From: a virus
Strand: one strand, 5' to 3'
DNA: 64,000 nt
IMG/VR virus record: IMGVR_UViG_3300027365_000009
Location: 32,001-96,000 of that record
Within the stretch, counting starts at the first letter, position 1; each line of letters starts with the position of its first letter. The notes under the pieces are model-generated. The model was not told the DNA's origin. It saw nothing but the letters and a program-made list of their open reading frames with translations, and did not search any database. The position numbers and the translations under genes are program-made. Shown piece by piece: positions 17,254 to 27,765 of the stretch.

Positions 17254-18879
17254 ATGGATAACGTGTTATTGGAGCGGGTTAAGGCGGTCACGCCGAAGTT
17301 TAACCCGTCCGTGGCGAACGGTCTGGCAGTCGAGCACCTCATGGCCCGTTCTCCCGAGACGGGCACGCTTTCTGTCGTGTCGTACATTGACCGTCTGATA
17401 CACATCACTCAGGAGCTGTTTCCGGAGGGTCTGGTCTATGAGGGCAGTCAGGTCTGCAGTCCGGTGCAGCAGTTCGAGGAGGTAACGCGTGAGTACAATT
17501 CCAAGCGGGTAGCCAACATCGCCAAACACGACACCTTCATGGTGAAGTACCAGTTTTCTTTTAAAGGAGAAATGCTGTTTCCACGCTATATTCTCCTTCC
17601 CTTTGTTCGGGACGGGAGTATTCTTCACCTTAACGGGGCGCTGTACAATATCTCCCCGGTATTAGCTGACGTGGGTTTCTCTGTCCTCAAGGGCAGTATC
17701 TTTATTCCTTTTCAGCGTACGAAACTGACGTTCAATCGGGTAGACCATGCATTTTATGCCGATGGGCGTCGTGAAATCGTGTATGTGATTTGGAGTACGA
17801 TTCATCATGAGAAAAACAAGCTCAACAAGCGGGATCTCGATAACCGACGGGAAATCGAGTCATGCCTTGCCCATTACTTCTTTGCGCGATATGGAGTGAC
17901 GGAAACCTTCCGTCAATGGGCGAATGCCAACGTCATGGTGGGGTGGAAGAAAGACTTTCCCCTCAAGGACTATCCTCGTGACCACTACACGATCTTTGAG
18001 TCCACTAACTTAAAGGATCGTCATCCCACAGGTGAGTTGGTGGTGGTCGTGCCGAAGAGCGACGACACCGACTTTGTGCGGATGTTGGTCGGGGGATTCT
18101 TCTACGTGGTGGATACCTTTCCGGATCGTTTCCGTGAACCGGAATGGGTGGACAATACGATTCACTGGCAGCTGCTGCTCGGGAATGTGATCTTTGGTGA
18201 CTTCCAAGGGTCGGGTACCCTTCAAGAAGACGTCGAGAAACACATGATCTCCATTGAGAACTATCTTGATGAGATCACCCGGGATGACCTACGGGGTCGG
18301 GATATTTACGTGGACAGTGTCTGGGAGTTGTTTCACGTGATCATGACTGACCTTTCCGGACATTTCTACCAAACCAGCAGTGATGAATCCTCCATGTACA
18401 ATAAACGCATGACAATCCTGCGCTACGTCATGGAGGAGTTCAATAACGTCATCTCCAAGTTTGGTTACAGCTTCCAGTCCAACCGTGAAAAGGTGTGGGA
18501 TGCCCAGAACATCAACGATAATCTCAAACACCATTTCAAACTCAACACCTGTGTGTCGCGCCTGACCAGTACCCACGGTGAGATCAACACTGTGAGTTAT
18601 CCGGGAGACAATAAAATGTTCCGGATTACCTGTATGGCGATACCGCAGGATAAAGCCAAGAAATCGAAAGGGTATGGGAAGGGGCTGATTGAAGACGCCT
18701 CACGTCTCCTCCACTCTTCGATTGCCGAAGTCGGTCAGTTCAACAACCAACCGAAGAACAATCCGGATGGGCGCAGTCGTCTGAATCCCAATGTACACAC
18801 CACGGTGGAGGGATTGATTCAACGTAACCCAGACCGGAAAGTATTGATCGACTCCGTCCAAAAGCGCATGATGCGTTAA
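17254..18879 (+). CDS. Non-virion RNA polymerase beta subunit, N-terminal part (phiKZ gp123-like)
   Basis: LPFVRDGSILHLNGALYNISPVL, LHSSIAEVG and PDGRSRLNP motifs; size and synteny. Confidence 0.8.
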   Translation: MDNVLLERVKAVTPKFNPSVANGLAVEHLMARSPETGTLSVVSYIDRLIHITQELFPEGLVYEGSQVCSPVQQFEEVTREYNSKRVANIAKHDTFMVKYQFSFKGEMLFPRYILLPFVRDGSILHLNGALYNISPVLADVGFSVLKGSIFIPFQRTKLTFNRVDHAFYADGRREIVYVIWSTIHHEKNKLNKRDLDNRREIESCLAHYFFARYGVTETFRQWANANVMVGWKKDFPLKDYPRDHYTIFESTNLKDRHPTGELVVVVPKSDDTDFVRMLVGGFFYVVDTFPDRFREPEWVDNTIHWQLLLGNVIFGDFQGSGTLQEDVEKHMISIENYLDEITRDDLRGRDIYVDSVWELFHVIMTDLSGHFYQTSSDESSMYNKRMTILRYVMEEFNNVISKFGYSFQSNREKVWDAQNINDNLKHHFKLNTCVSRLTSTHGEINTVSYPGDNKMFRITCMAIPQDKAKKSKGYGKGLIEDASRLLHSSIAEVGQFNNQPKNNPDGRSRLNPNVHTTVEGLIQRNPDRKVLIDSVQKRMMR

Positions 18880-18916
18880 TCTTAATCGTCAACGAGCCAA
18901 CGAGAAGGAACGTCCT

Positions 18917-21112
18917 ATGTCCTACCAGGCCAACACTCAGTACGGTCAGCCCCAGCAGCCGACCAATCTGCCGGTCCCCGCCGACCGTTATGACCAGAAC
19001 ACGTTCAACCCCAACCTCCCCAATCAGAACGACGTCACGCCCCCGGTAAACCAACCGCCTAACCTGGACGGTCGGATCATGGATCGGATTGCGGCGGAGT
19101 TCCGTTTCGCCGCCCAACAACGGGTGAACCGCACCCCGCTTCACATGTTCACCTACAACATGTGGAGTCAGAACTACTTTCAGAACCAGGAGTATGTCGC
19201 CTGGCTCCAACGGGCCATGGACTTCACTGAGTTTCTGATCGTCGCACGGAGCTACCAACCGGAGCAGGCTGTTCAGAAAGCCGTTCAGCTGATCTATGCT
19301 GGCGCGATGGCTATGTACACTGCCCAGTATCCGACGCTCCAGGGTCTGCTTACCCACCAACAACGCAATGAAATTCCCCAGTTCGGTCAAGAGCTGGAGA
19401 GCATCATTCGCGATATCCAACAGTTCCACGCTAATGGACGTCGTCCCACACAAATGCAATGGGGTCAGCAGGGACAACAGGCGCAGTATGGTGGTACTTA
19501 TCAACAGCCCATTCAGCAGGGAGGTGGGGTTCAACAGCTACCGCCCACTCATCTGAACCCCCATTTCCCGAATCAGTCGGTGGGTTACGGCCAACCCCAA
19601 GGACAGCCGATGCCCCAGCAGGCTCCACTCCAGGGGCCGGCAGGTTACGGAAGTGGTCCTCAAGGTCAACCTAACCCGGTCACATCGACCAATTCGCCCA
19701 GCGCCGGTCGCTACATTGATTTGGACAACCGGCCGAATCAAGCTCAGCCTACTCCCCAAGGAGGTCCGAGCCAACAGACCTGGATGGCGAGCCAAACACC
19801 GGCGTCCCCCGTGGGTGGGATCACACCACCGAGCTTCAATAACGGGAATGGGACACCACAGCCCAGTGCGTCGTTGTTGTCAGCATACGACGAACAGACA
19901 CAGGGAACCTCTCAATCGGTCCCCAATTGTGTGGAAGACATCAACCTGAGCGACTATGTCGACGAGAACGCCTCAGAACGCCCCTGGGACGTGATTCACA
20001 TCCCGGGGGGTATCGAGGTACGCCCTGCCCATCTAACGGACTGGAAACGCACTCGTAGGGACGAGAAACCCTATGCGGTGGCGTACGACCCCCAGCGGTT
20101 TATCCTGTTCTATGTAAAATGGCCGGATGGGATCGTCGATGAGCTCATTGTGGAGAAAAGCACAATGAAGACCATGAACTACCTGCAACATGAGATCGAC
20201 GCTAAGCTGCGTGGTGAGAAGATTAAGCCTGAGGGGAAAGTGGTGGCCAGTCATCATAAGGTGCTGGACATGGACGTGGAAGCCCAGGTGAAGCCGGTAG
20301 AAGAAGTCCGTAAGGCCCTGGACGAAGGACTGGCGTCTAAAGATGCGCTAAACCCAGTCCAGCTTGACGGTTACTTCACCGCTACCAGCGAACTGGAAAA
20401 CGAGGAGGAAGCACGTCTCCAGGTGATGGAGCAGCTGGGGCTTGAGGAGAACGCGAAAGTGCCGGCACATGAATACACCAGTGCCCAGGTATTCCCCATC
20501 AACGTCCCGCAGGAAGGGAAAGATCGCCTTCAGGCCATGGCCACCAGCGATTCTCTGAAACGTCTGGCCACGGCATTGGTGGAAGCGGTGAATGACGGCG
20601 CGATTTCCCAGCGTTACTTCCTGTTCTTTAACCGCCGTATGACGGATGCGGTGAACGCCACCCTGAAGGATAACCTCTCGTTGGATATCGACATCGACAG
20701 CTTCGTTGAAGACATCGATGATCTGTTCGACTATCTGCGGGAGAATCATGGGGATAATCTCTCTACCATCCTTCACGCCCAAACCCAGAACATCCTGACC
20801 CGTTGGTTGAACTTTAAGGAGGAAGTGGATGGGGAAGAGAAGACGTTGTACCTGCTCGATGAAGCGATGAACTTCCAGCTGCCTTGGGAGTACAAGGACC
20901 TGGCCTCACTGACACTGAGTGATGAGCCAGTGGTGGTGAGTGGTGTAACGCACCCCACCATTGCCAACGTCCTTCGTCAGACCTTCAAGCGCCATGCCAA
21001 AACCGGTAACCTGAAAGGTCGTCGTCTGCGCCTGATCACCGTAGATGGCCATTACCTGGAAGCGTTCCGTGGATGGTTGATGGAGGATTCGATTCTAATC
21101 AAGCGTCTGTAA
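18917..21112 (+). CDS. Conserved jumbo-phage protein with Q/P-rich low-complexity region
   Basis: 731 aa, AAGGA RBS. Confidence 0.75.
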   Translation: MSYQANTQYGQPQQPTNLPVPADRYDQNTFNPNLPNQNDVTPPVNQPPNLDGRIMDRIAAEFRFAAQQRVNRTPLHMFTYNMWSQNYFQNQEYVAWLQRAMDFTEFLIVARSYQPEQAVQKAVQLIYAGAMAMYTAQYPTLQGLLTHQQRNEIPQFGQELESIIRDIQQFHANGRRPTQMQWGQQGQQAQYGGTYQQPIQQGGGVQQLPPTHLNPHFPNQSVGYGQPQGQPMPQQAPLQGPAGYGSGPQGQPNPVTSTNSPSAGRYIDLDNRPNQAQPTPQGGPSQQTWMASQTPASPVGGITPPSFNNGNGTPQPSASLLSAYDEQTQGTSQSVPNCVEDINLSDYVDENASERPWDVIHIPGGIEVRPAHLTDWKRTRRDEKPYAVAYDPQRFILFYVKWPDGIVDELIVEKSTMKTMNYLQHEIDAKLRGEKIKPEGKVVASHHKVLDMDVEAQVKPVEEVRKALDEGLASKDALNPVQLDGYFTATSELENEEEARLQVMEQLGLEENAKVPAHEYTSAQVFPINVPQEGKDRLQAMATSDSLKRLATALVEAVNDGAISQRYFLFFNRRMTDAVNATLKDNLSLDIDIDSFVEDIDDLFDYLRENHGDNLSTILHAQTQNILTRWLNFKEEVDGEEKTLYLLDEAMNFQLPWEYKDLASLTLSDEPVVVSGVTHPTIANVLRQTFKRHAKTGNLKGRRLRLITVDGHYLEAFRGWLMEDSILIKRL

Positions 21113-21189
21113 GTCCACATCACTACCTGATTACCAGGGGTGTGGCTGGCCTGGCGCACCCTTGGTGTTTGCCGAAGGTCTACGGCATA

Positions 21190-21224
21190 GTCCCTCCCCG
21201 TGTTGGGGAGGGCTCTTTTTTTTT
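21190..21224. terminator. Terminator between convergent genes
   Basis: CCCTCCCC/GGGGAGGG stem plus T-run. Confidence 0.8.
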
Positions 21225-21225
21225 G

Positions 21226-21672
21226 TTACGGTAAGGTAATTTCCAGCTCCCCTACCCAACGCAGGGAACGAGGATGGGCCTTCAAAGTGTACGTGTTGAG
21301 TCCCACTGGAATGGTTTCATGGAACACGTCATCCCGATCAAACACGATTCCATAGTCGTTCCCTAATTGCCGGGTAATCTTTAAGGTAGTGTCGGGGTAT
21401 TCACTCCCCGTCAGAGAATATGTTCCCCCAAAGTAGGTTCCCAGGTTTAACCGTTGGTAGACCACCGTGAGTTGTTCTGTTGGTGGGAGGAGATTACGCA
21501 GCGAGGTGCTGGGTTTCAACGCCAGTGTGACTTCCAATCGGTTGTCACTTAGTGTCTCCTGTTCCACCAACTCCGCCATTCGGGGATCAATCGTCATCCG
21601 GTAGTGATGATTCACCATTCGAATTAACGCCTCCCATGGTGGGTATTGTAACAATGTTTCGGTCGTGTTCAT
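21226..21672 (-). CDS. Virion structural protein (gp127-like)
   Basis: YQRLNL and LKAHPRSLRWVGEL motifs of a jumbo-phage virion family. Confidence 0.6.
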   Translation of the reverse strand: MNTTETLLQYPPWEALIRMVNHHYRMTIDPRMAELVEQETLSDNRLEVTLALKPSTSLRNLLPPTEQLTVVYQRLNLGTYFGGTYSLTGSEYPDTTLKITRQLGNDYGIVFDRDDVFHETIPVGLNTYTLKAHPRSLRWVGELEITLP

Positions 21673-21688
21673 TGCATAGGGTCCTCGC

Positions 21689-23836
21689 TTAACTTTCCGG
21701 GTACTGATAATGGCCCAGGTCATTGGTATCTGGATCGTCGTGATCCACCACAAAAGACATGGCACGCACCCCCACGTTAGCCACGTTTAACTTCACACGG
21801 CCAAGTTCGGTTTGTTTCAACCACATCCCCACTGTGGGGTCGACATGATAATGGGGTTCAATATGTGCGTCCCAACTCAAGGGCGGTTCATTGATTATTT
21901 GATCGGTATCCAGATGGGTTTGTGTTTTCAGTCCCACACGCTTTGCCGTGATGCGCGACACGGGTGTCCGGAAACGACTGGCTTCTTCTCCCCAGATGTC
22001 CCCCAGGCGAATCACCGGCATACCAATGTACCAGAAATCCTCCTCATTGATGTTGCGTAAATACTGTACGCTGTACGAGGAGAGCTGGCGCATTAGACCC
22101 AATAGGGCTTTCTGGAGTTCAGAGAGGGTCATGCGATTAACAAGGTCGGCGCCGGTAGCCGTTTTCACACAATCCACATATAGCTGCTCTAAGTCCAAGG
22201 GGGAGAGATCAGCAACACCATACCCTTTCTCCTTGAACCACTGTTCAAAGGAAATCACCTCATCGACCAAACTACATTTAATGTGCATGAAGTGACGACG
22301 GACCAGTTGTTCAGCCATCCCACGATTCATGTACTGTTCTTGGAAAGAGTACAGCTCCCACAGTTTCAGGTACTCACGGTGGAGATTGGCACAGTCGTTA
22401 AAAAACTTCTCCGTGGTAATGTACGAGCCCAGCGGTGTGATTCGATCCCGAATCGCTTGGATCATACCTTCCGGGACATACTTTCGATCGACGATGGACA
22501 CAAGCTCGCTGTGGCTCGGTAGAGGGTCTCTCAGGACGTCGTAAGCGATGACCCTAGGGATGGTATCAAATTCGATACCGCGTGCCTTGTTGAAGGCCCA
22601 CAGGCCCACGATGAAGGCATCACGTACTGACATCGACATGTATTGGCCGGTTCCCGGGTTGGGAACGTTCACAAAGGCGTTGTACCGATTGTGTGTGGCC
22701 AAATACAACCATTCATAGAGCAGGATACTCCCAAGGGAACGAACCGATGAGTTAGAACGGTCCACCACCTCGGATTCCAACACTTTGGTGGGGAGACTAC
22801 TGAACTGAGAACTTTCGACCGCTTCGGTGATCTCTAACTCAGCATCATATTGCACAATGGCGTTCTCACGCGCAATATCCCGCTCTCGATTGAGAATGGT
22901 ATGGACAGAAGTCGTATCCCGTCCACTTTGGTTATAACCGAAGTTCAGCGGATATTTAGCCAACTCGACTTCAGGGTAGATGCTATCCGGCATCTCTTCC
23001 GTGTTATGTTGGAATTTATACGCCGCTAAGGGGAGTCCCCGTTTGGTGAGGATGTTCTCGACCAAGTTGTCGAAGATCTCTTGTTTCCCGACATTCCGGT
23101 TGATGTAGCGCAGATTACGGTACAGGTAAAGCTGTTGGAGCTTGTTCAAGAATGGCAGGTACTGATCCAACCGACCATTGGAAGCTAGGTATTCCCGTAC
23201 ATGGAAGCTGTGTGCCTGGGGGGTTTTGGCATTACGCAGACGGATTAACTGAACCACATAGGGGAGGTTGACGTACATGACCCCAAGAAAAGAGGGGATG
23301 TACAGATCGTCCGTCAGGGCGTATTGGATATTGTACCACCGCGCAAAATAGGCATACAACCACTGTTGGAGACGGGGAATAACATTTGTCTCATTGGGCT
23401 CCAAAAAGGTGGGATCATAATACAAAAGTTCCCCATCATCTGCATCAATAGCTTTCGCTATATCCACCGGGGACAGGATGCCGTTGATCAAAGCCACCTG
23501 ATTGGGATAACGTCGCGTCAACTCCATGTAATACCGGGTACCAAACTGGTATTCCCGAAACGTGGCGCGATGGATTCGCAAGTTGTCTTTGGTGAACGCA
23601 ATCTCTTCTAGCGTGTCAATGGAGCGCACGGTCATGGGGATATCGGTACTGTGATACTCACCCGCCAGGTTCAGGTAATATTTCCAAGTCTCTGGCTGGG
23701 ATTCTTTCACCTCGACCCCAATGGCTGACAGTTCCCGATTGAGGGTTTCGGCACTCCCGGTACATTTCACGACCAAAGTGCGGGCGAAATCAATGATCTC
23801 GTCGCGGTATAAACGAAAGTAAGTGTTATTGCTCAT
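21689..23836 (-). CDS. Virion structural protein (gp128-like)
   Basis: TWKYYLNLAGEYH motif; divergent from the portal gene. Confidence 0.7.
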   Translation of the reverse strand: MSNNTYFRLYRDEIIDFARTLVVKCTGSAETLNRELSAIGVEVKESQPETWKYYLNLAGEYHSTDIPMTVRSIDTLEEIAFTKDNLRIHRATFREYQFGTRYYMELTRRYPNQVALINGILSPVDIAKAIDADDGELLYYDPTFLEPNETNVIPRLQQWLYAYFARWYNIQYALTDDLYIPSFLGVMYVNLPYVVQLIRLRNAKTPQAHSFHVREYLASNGRLDQYLPFLNKLQQLYLYRNLRYINRNVGKQEIFDNLVENILTKRGLPLAAYKFQHNTEEMPDSIYPEVELAKYPLNFGYNQSGRDTTSVHTILNRERDIARENAIVQYDAELEITEAVESSQFSSLPTKVLESEVVDRSNSSVRSLGSILLYEWLYLATHNRYNAFVNVPNPGTGQYMSMSVRDAFIVGLWAFNKARGIEFDTIPRVIAYDVLRDPLPSHSELVSIVDRKYVPEGMIQAIRDRITPLGSYITTEKFFNDCANLHREYLKLWELYSFQEQYMNRGMAEQLVRRHFMHIKCSLVDEVISFEQWFKEKGYGVADLSPLDLEQLYVDCVKTATGADLVNRMTLSELQKALLGLMRQLSSYSVQYLRNINEEDFWYIGMPVIRLGDIWGEEASRFRTPVSRITAKRVGLKTQTHLDTDQIINEPPLSWDAHIEPHYHVDPTVGMWLKQTELGRVKLNVANVGVRAMSFVVDHDDPDTNDLGHYQYPES

Positions 23837-23875
23837 TTGTCATCCATTACGGGTAAATTCATTTAAGGAGTGATC

Positions 23876-26545
23876 ATGGCTATCGGACGCCAACGCAATC
23901 AACCGATCTATCCCAAGCTTGCGTACAATCGCAATGCACCTGACCAGGTCAAGGCCATCATGGGGAAACTCACCCGTGATCCTGACCAGCCAAGGGGGAA
24001 GACAGCGGAGAATCCACATCTGAATGTGTCGAGGGATCTGTTTACCAAACTCTCGAAATCGACAGCACAAGATACAGCGGATGCCGATAACGTATTTCAG
24101 CTGCTTCCGGATGTCGAATTAGCCGAACAGATCCTGGTGGGAAGTATTCTGTCTCCCAAGGACATGACCCATGTGGAACTCGGGTTTAAAGTCGAAGAAG
24201 GACTGTTTGACAGCGAAGTGGCGCGGTCGATGCTCGAAGTGATCGAAACCCATTTCAAACAGGACTATAAGATTGACGAGCAGCTCGATCGGATGCTCGA
24301 GGAGATTCTGTTTACCAAAGGCGCGTACATTCAAGCAGTCCTGCCGGAAAATAACTTGGATCGTATCATCAACGGTCAGAGTCGTCTTTCCGTCGAACAC
24401 TATAAGCAGGCAGTGACACGTATCCAGAAAAGCCTACCCTTGGGTTTCTTGGGTCATCCTCGTGAAGCACGCGTTTCCATGGAGTCGTTCCGTGGTCGCG
24501 ATCGTGGGGTAGAATCCATCCAAGGCAGTGTCGCTACCCGGCGTGGCGAGAAATCCGTGACGCTACCGCATGTGGCAGTCAGTGACAACTTCGATCTTTT
24601 GAAAACCCCTGAAATCCAAAAGCGTGGTCGCGCCAATGCCATCGGTAGTCTACTGGGACGTCATACGGCCTCCATGGAGTCGGCCAGCAAGGGCATGACT
24701 CCCGAACAGATCGATGCACTTTATGATCGCCCGAGAGGTCAGGCACAGCAGCTCCATACGGTGATCCCTCAGGAGTACATGGATCGACCCTCAGTAGGAC
24801 ACCCGCTGGTGATGAAACTACCTGTGGAGTCGGTGATCCCGGTATTCCCACCCGGACAGCCTGAGGAACATGTGGGTTACTTTGTAATGATCGATCAGAA
24901 TGGTCGTCCTGTAGTGCGTGATGACCAGAAGGATTATTACGGGGAACTGCGCACGAGCTTCCGGGGTAATCAGCAGGACAATACCTCGGAGCTGGTTCGT
25001 CAAACGCGGGAGGCCATGGGGGGCATAGGCGCCAGCGAAGACCTGGATGTGGATGGCGTCCAGCAAGCGTATAGCACCATCGTTGAGAACGATCTGATCA
25101 ATCGCCTGCGTAATGGGATTTACCAAGAAGAGTTCTCTTTGGGGTCTACCGAAGAACTCTACCGGATCATGCTTCATCGTTCGTTGAAAGGCCAGCGGAC
25201 TCAGCTTCTGTATATCCCCGCCGAGTTGATGACCTACATGGCGTTTGACTTCAACAAGTTCGGCATTGGTCAAACCCTACTGACGAAGTCCAAGATTCTC
25301 TCCAGCATGCGTAGCGTCCTGCTGTTCGCTGAGACCATGTCGGGAGTGCGTAATGCAGTGGGTCGTAAGAAAGCCAACATCAACGTTGACCCAGACGACC
25401 CCGATCCCCAAAAGACGATCAGTGACATCCAGAATGCGATCCTGGAAGGGTCGAAGCGAGGCTTCCCGTTAGCGTCACCCGATCCCGCACAGACGTTGGA
25501 TTTCCTTAACCGTGCTGGGTTTGATTTCTCGATCAATGTGGAGTCGGATAATTACCCCACTACCAAAGTAGATTTTGATGACTACAACACAAATGTCAAC
25601 GGCGGTAACCCGGAACTTCAAGACCGTCTGCGTCGGATGCAAATCTCGTCATGGGGCATGAACCCGGAGTTGGTAGACCCCACCCAGTCGCCGGACTTTG
25701 CGACCAGTGTGGTGAACAACAACCTGATCATGACCCGTCGCGTATTGCGCTACCAGAAGCGTTTCACAGCGTTTCTCACGCAGTTCATCCAGACCTACGT
25801 CCTGCACAGTTCAACGCTCTTAGACAAACTCAGAGAAGAGCTGAAAGGCAATAAACAAAAGCTGATCACTGAACATAAGAAACTGTCGGATGACGAAGTG
25901 ATCGAAGCCTTTGTGGCGGCGGTAACCGCTACCCTACCGGCACCGGATACCACCCGTACCGATCAACAACTCCAGGCCTTCGAGCAATACAGTAATCTGC
26001 TGGATCGTAGTCTGGAAGCCTACATCACACCTGATCTGTTCCCTGCCGAGATGCTGGAACGAGAACCGGATACGGTGAACCACGTCATCAGCGTTGTGCG
26101 GGCTTATTACCAGCGTCTGTGGCTTGAGCAGAATAACGTCATGCCGCAACTGGGTCAGCTCACGGAGATGGATGGACGTAAACCCGGCTTCAGCCTACTG
26201 GATATTCAGCAGGCACAGTTCAAGTCCGTAGGGAATGCCATTCAGAAGTACATGGAGGGCATTGAGAAGTCCAAAGAGAAATGGGCGGAGAAGTACGGTG
26301 AGAAGGTAGAGGAAGAGGAAGCCGCTTCCGGATTCGGCGACGATGCCACCACCGATGAGTTTGGAGACGGTGATGAAGGAGGGGATGACTTCGGTGAAGA
26401 GGCGTCTGATGCGGATGATGACTTCGGTGAGGAAACCGACGACTTCGGTGAAGAGTCTGAAGAGGAAGGCGAACTAGAAGAGGAATCCGAAGAAACAGAA
26501 GAGGAGGAAGAGTCTGACGATGACAGTGAAGACGAAACAAAATAA
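23876..26545 (+). CDS. Portal protein (phiKZ gp129-like)
   Basis: SILSPKDM, GHPLVMKLPVESVIPV, S-x-E cleavage motifs, acidic tail; synteny. Confidence 0.78.
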   Translation: MAIGRQRNQPIYPKLAYNRNAPDQVKAIMGKLTRDPDQPRGKTAENPHLNVSRDLFTKLSKSTAQDTADADNVFQLLPDVELAEQILVGSILSPKDMTHVELGFKVEEGLFDSEVARSMLEVIETHFKQDYKIDEQLDRMLEEILFTKGAYIQAVLPENNLDRIINGQSRLSVEHYKQAVTRIQKSLPLGFLGHPREARVSMESFRGRDRGVESIQGSVATRRGEKSVTLPHVAVSDNFDLLKTPEIQKRGRANAIGSLLGRHTASMESASKGMTPEQIDALYDRPRGQAQQLHTVIPQEYMDRPSVGHPLVMKLPVESVIPVFPPGQPEEHVGYFVMIDQNGRPVVRDDQKDYYGELRTSFRGNQQDNTSELVRQTREAMGGIGASEDLDVDGVQQAYSTIVENDLINRLRNGIYQEEFSLGSTEELYRIMLHRSLKGQRTQLLYIPAELMTYMAFDFNKFGIGQTLLTKSKILSSMRSVLLFAETMSGVRNAVGRKKANINVDPDDPDPQKTISDIQNAILEGSKRGFPLASPDPAQTLDFLNRAGFDFSINVESDNYPTTKVDFDDYNTNVNGGNPELQDRLRRMQISSWGMNPELVDPTQSPDFATSVVNNNLIMTRRVLRYQKRFTAFLTQFIQTYVLHSSTLLDKLREELKGNKQKLITEHKKLSDDEVIEAFVAAVTATLPAPDTTRTDQQLQAFEQYSNLLDRSLEAYITPDLFPAEMLEREPDTVNHVISVVRAYYQRLWLEQNNVMPQLGQLTEMDGRKPGFSLLDIQQAQFKSVGNAIQKYMEGIEKSKEKWAEKYGEKVEEEEAASGFGDDATTDEFGDGDEGGDDFGEEASDADDDFGEETDDFGEESEEEGELEEESEETEEEEESDDDSEDETK

Positions 26546-26559
26546 ACCACGACATAGTC

Positions 26560-26589
26560 GCCTCCCCGGTTGGGGAGGCTTTTTTTTTT
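26560..26589. terminator. Terminator
   Basis: GCCTCCCC/GGGGAGGC stem plus T-run. Confidence 0.8.
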
Positions 26590-27022
26590 ACTCGTAACTG
26601 TCGTGCTTCACAAAACCTTGATCAATCATGATCACGGAATAATTACGGCCATCCGGTAATAAGACATCGGCTTCGACGCGATTATACACCGCCCACCCAT
26701 ACGACCGGATGGTAAAACGGTCAGGAAGTAATTGAATAGCAAAATCGGTAGCGGCTTCTCCATGTGCCGCTTCGGCTTCAGTCTTCGGACGCCAGGTTTC
26801 TGGGGCATCGTAGTCCTTGATACGTAACCGCACATCCATTAACATTCCAAGTCCCATATCGAGCCTGACATCCATGGTATCAGCGTCGACGACGTTTAAT
26901 AACGTGGCATTGTAATACTGAACTTGCTCGAGTTCATCAAAACTCGGCGCATCTGACATGAAAGCGGCTTGGGCAGTGAAAGACAATACCCAAAGGAATA
27001 CCCCGACAAAAAAATGTTTCAT
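26588..27022 (-). CDS. Thermonuclease (SNase) family nuclease with signal peptide
   Basis: VVDADT, RLRIKDYDAPE and YNRVEADV motifs; MKHFFVGVFLWVLSFTAQA leader. Confidence 0.8.
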   Translation of the reverse strand: MKHFFVGVFLWVLSFTAQAAFMSDAPSFDELEQVQYYNATLLNVVDADTMDVRLDMGLGMLMDVRLRIKDYDAPETWRPKTEAEAAHGEAATDFAIQLLPDRFTIRSYGWAVYNRVEADVLLPDGRNYSVIMIDQGFVKHDSYE

Positions 27023-27242
27023 TGTGGTTCTCGCGTATAGTGGTTGTTAACTGGCATTAATTTCCGCTAATACCAAGTCGGTGATACTCACCGGAATAAC
27101 CGGGAGTTCCGATAACTGGGTGGCCTGTTCTACCTGATAGTCCAGGTCCCATGCTTCTCGATAAATCCCTTTATAAACCTCAATGGAATAATGCCCATTG
27201 TTCCTCGTTCCCTTTAAGCGATTGAGTCATATTATCGACATA

Positions 27243-27268
27243 GCAGGGAGGGCGTTTGCCCTCCCTGT
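27243..27268 (-). terminator. Terminator after fibre operon
   Basis: CAGGGAGGGC/GCCCTCCCTG stem. Confidence 0.65.
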
Positions 27269-27271
27269 GTT

Positions 27272-27694
27272 TTATGCGGCCTGAATAGTGCCGTGATCCA
27301 TCACCCACTCGCCGGTACCGACGTCTTGGGTAAAGCCCATGGATTCCATGAACTGACGCATGGCCAGCGGGGTCATGAAGTGGGCAGCACTGTCGGCAGC
27401 TTCCGCTTCGACCTGGGTCGCGGTGGGGTAGTTGTCGACACTACCCAGACCCACATCGGTGGCGCCCAGGACCACCACACCAGTCTGGCCGTTAACGGAA
27501 TCCACCGCACCACCGCCGCCAGAACCGACATCGGTCATGTTGGGGACGACGTGACCACCGGCAGTCAGTCCATCATGCAAACGCACACGCCAGTTGGTGG
27601 TATCGATGGTAATCTCACCGGCAGGACCGGTGTAGTTGTTGTTGGAGGCTTCAGAGCCCCGCAGGAATTTGACACGAAAAGCAGGACCGGCCAT
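27272..27694 (-). CDS. Small fibre-associated protein with Mtd-N-like domain
   Basis: RG...GEITIDT...RLHDGLTAGG; VDSVNGQTG; DVGLGSVDN. Confidence 0.7.
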   Translation of the reverse strand: MAGPAFRVKFLRGSEASNNNYTGPAGEITIDTTNWRVRLHDGLTAGGHVVPNMTDVGSGGGGAVDSVNGQTGVVVLGATDVGLGSVDNYPTATQVEAEAADSAAHFMTPLAMRQFMESMGFTQDVGTGEWVMDHGTIQAA

Positions 27695-27765
27695 AACCGT
27701 TCTCCTTACGTTGGTATTGATTAGACCGGTGGGGTTTCCCCCACCGGCTTATGCCCCGTTACCCG

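Noticed and set aside
27047-27226. Start-less minus-strand frame (YREAWDLDYQVEQATQLSELPVI) like a fibre-chaperone C-terminus
   Set aside because: No in-frame ATG and similarity too weak to call; at most a remnant
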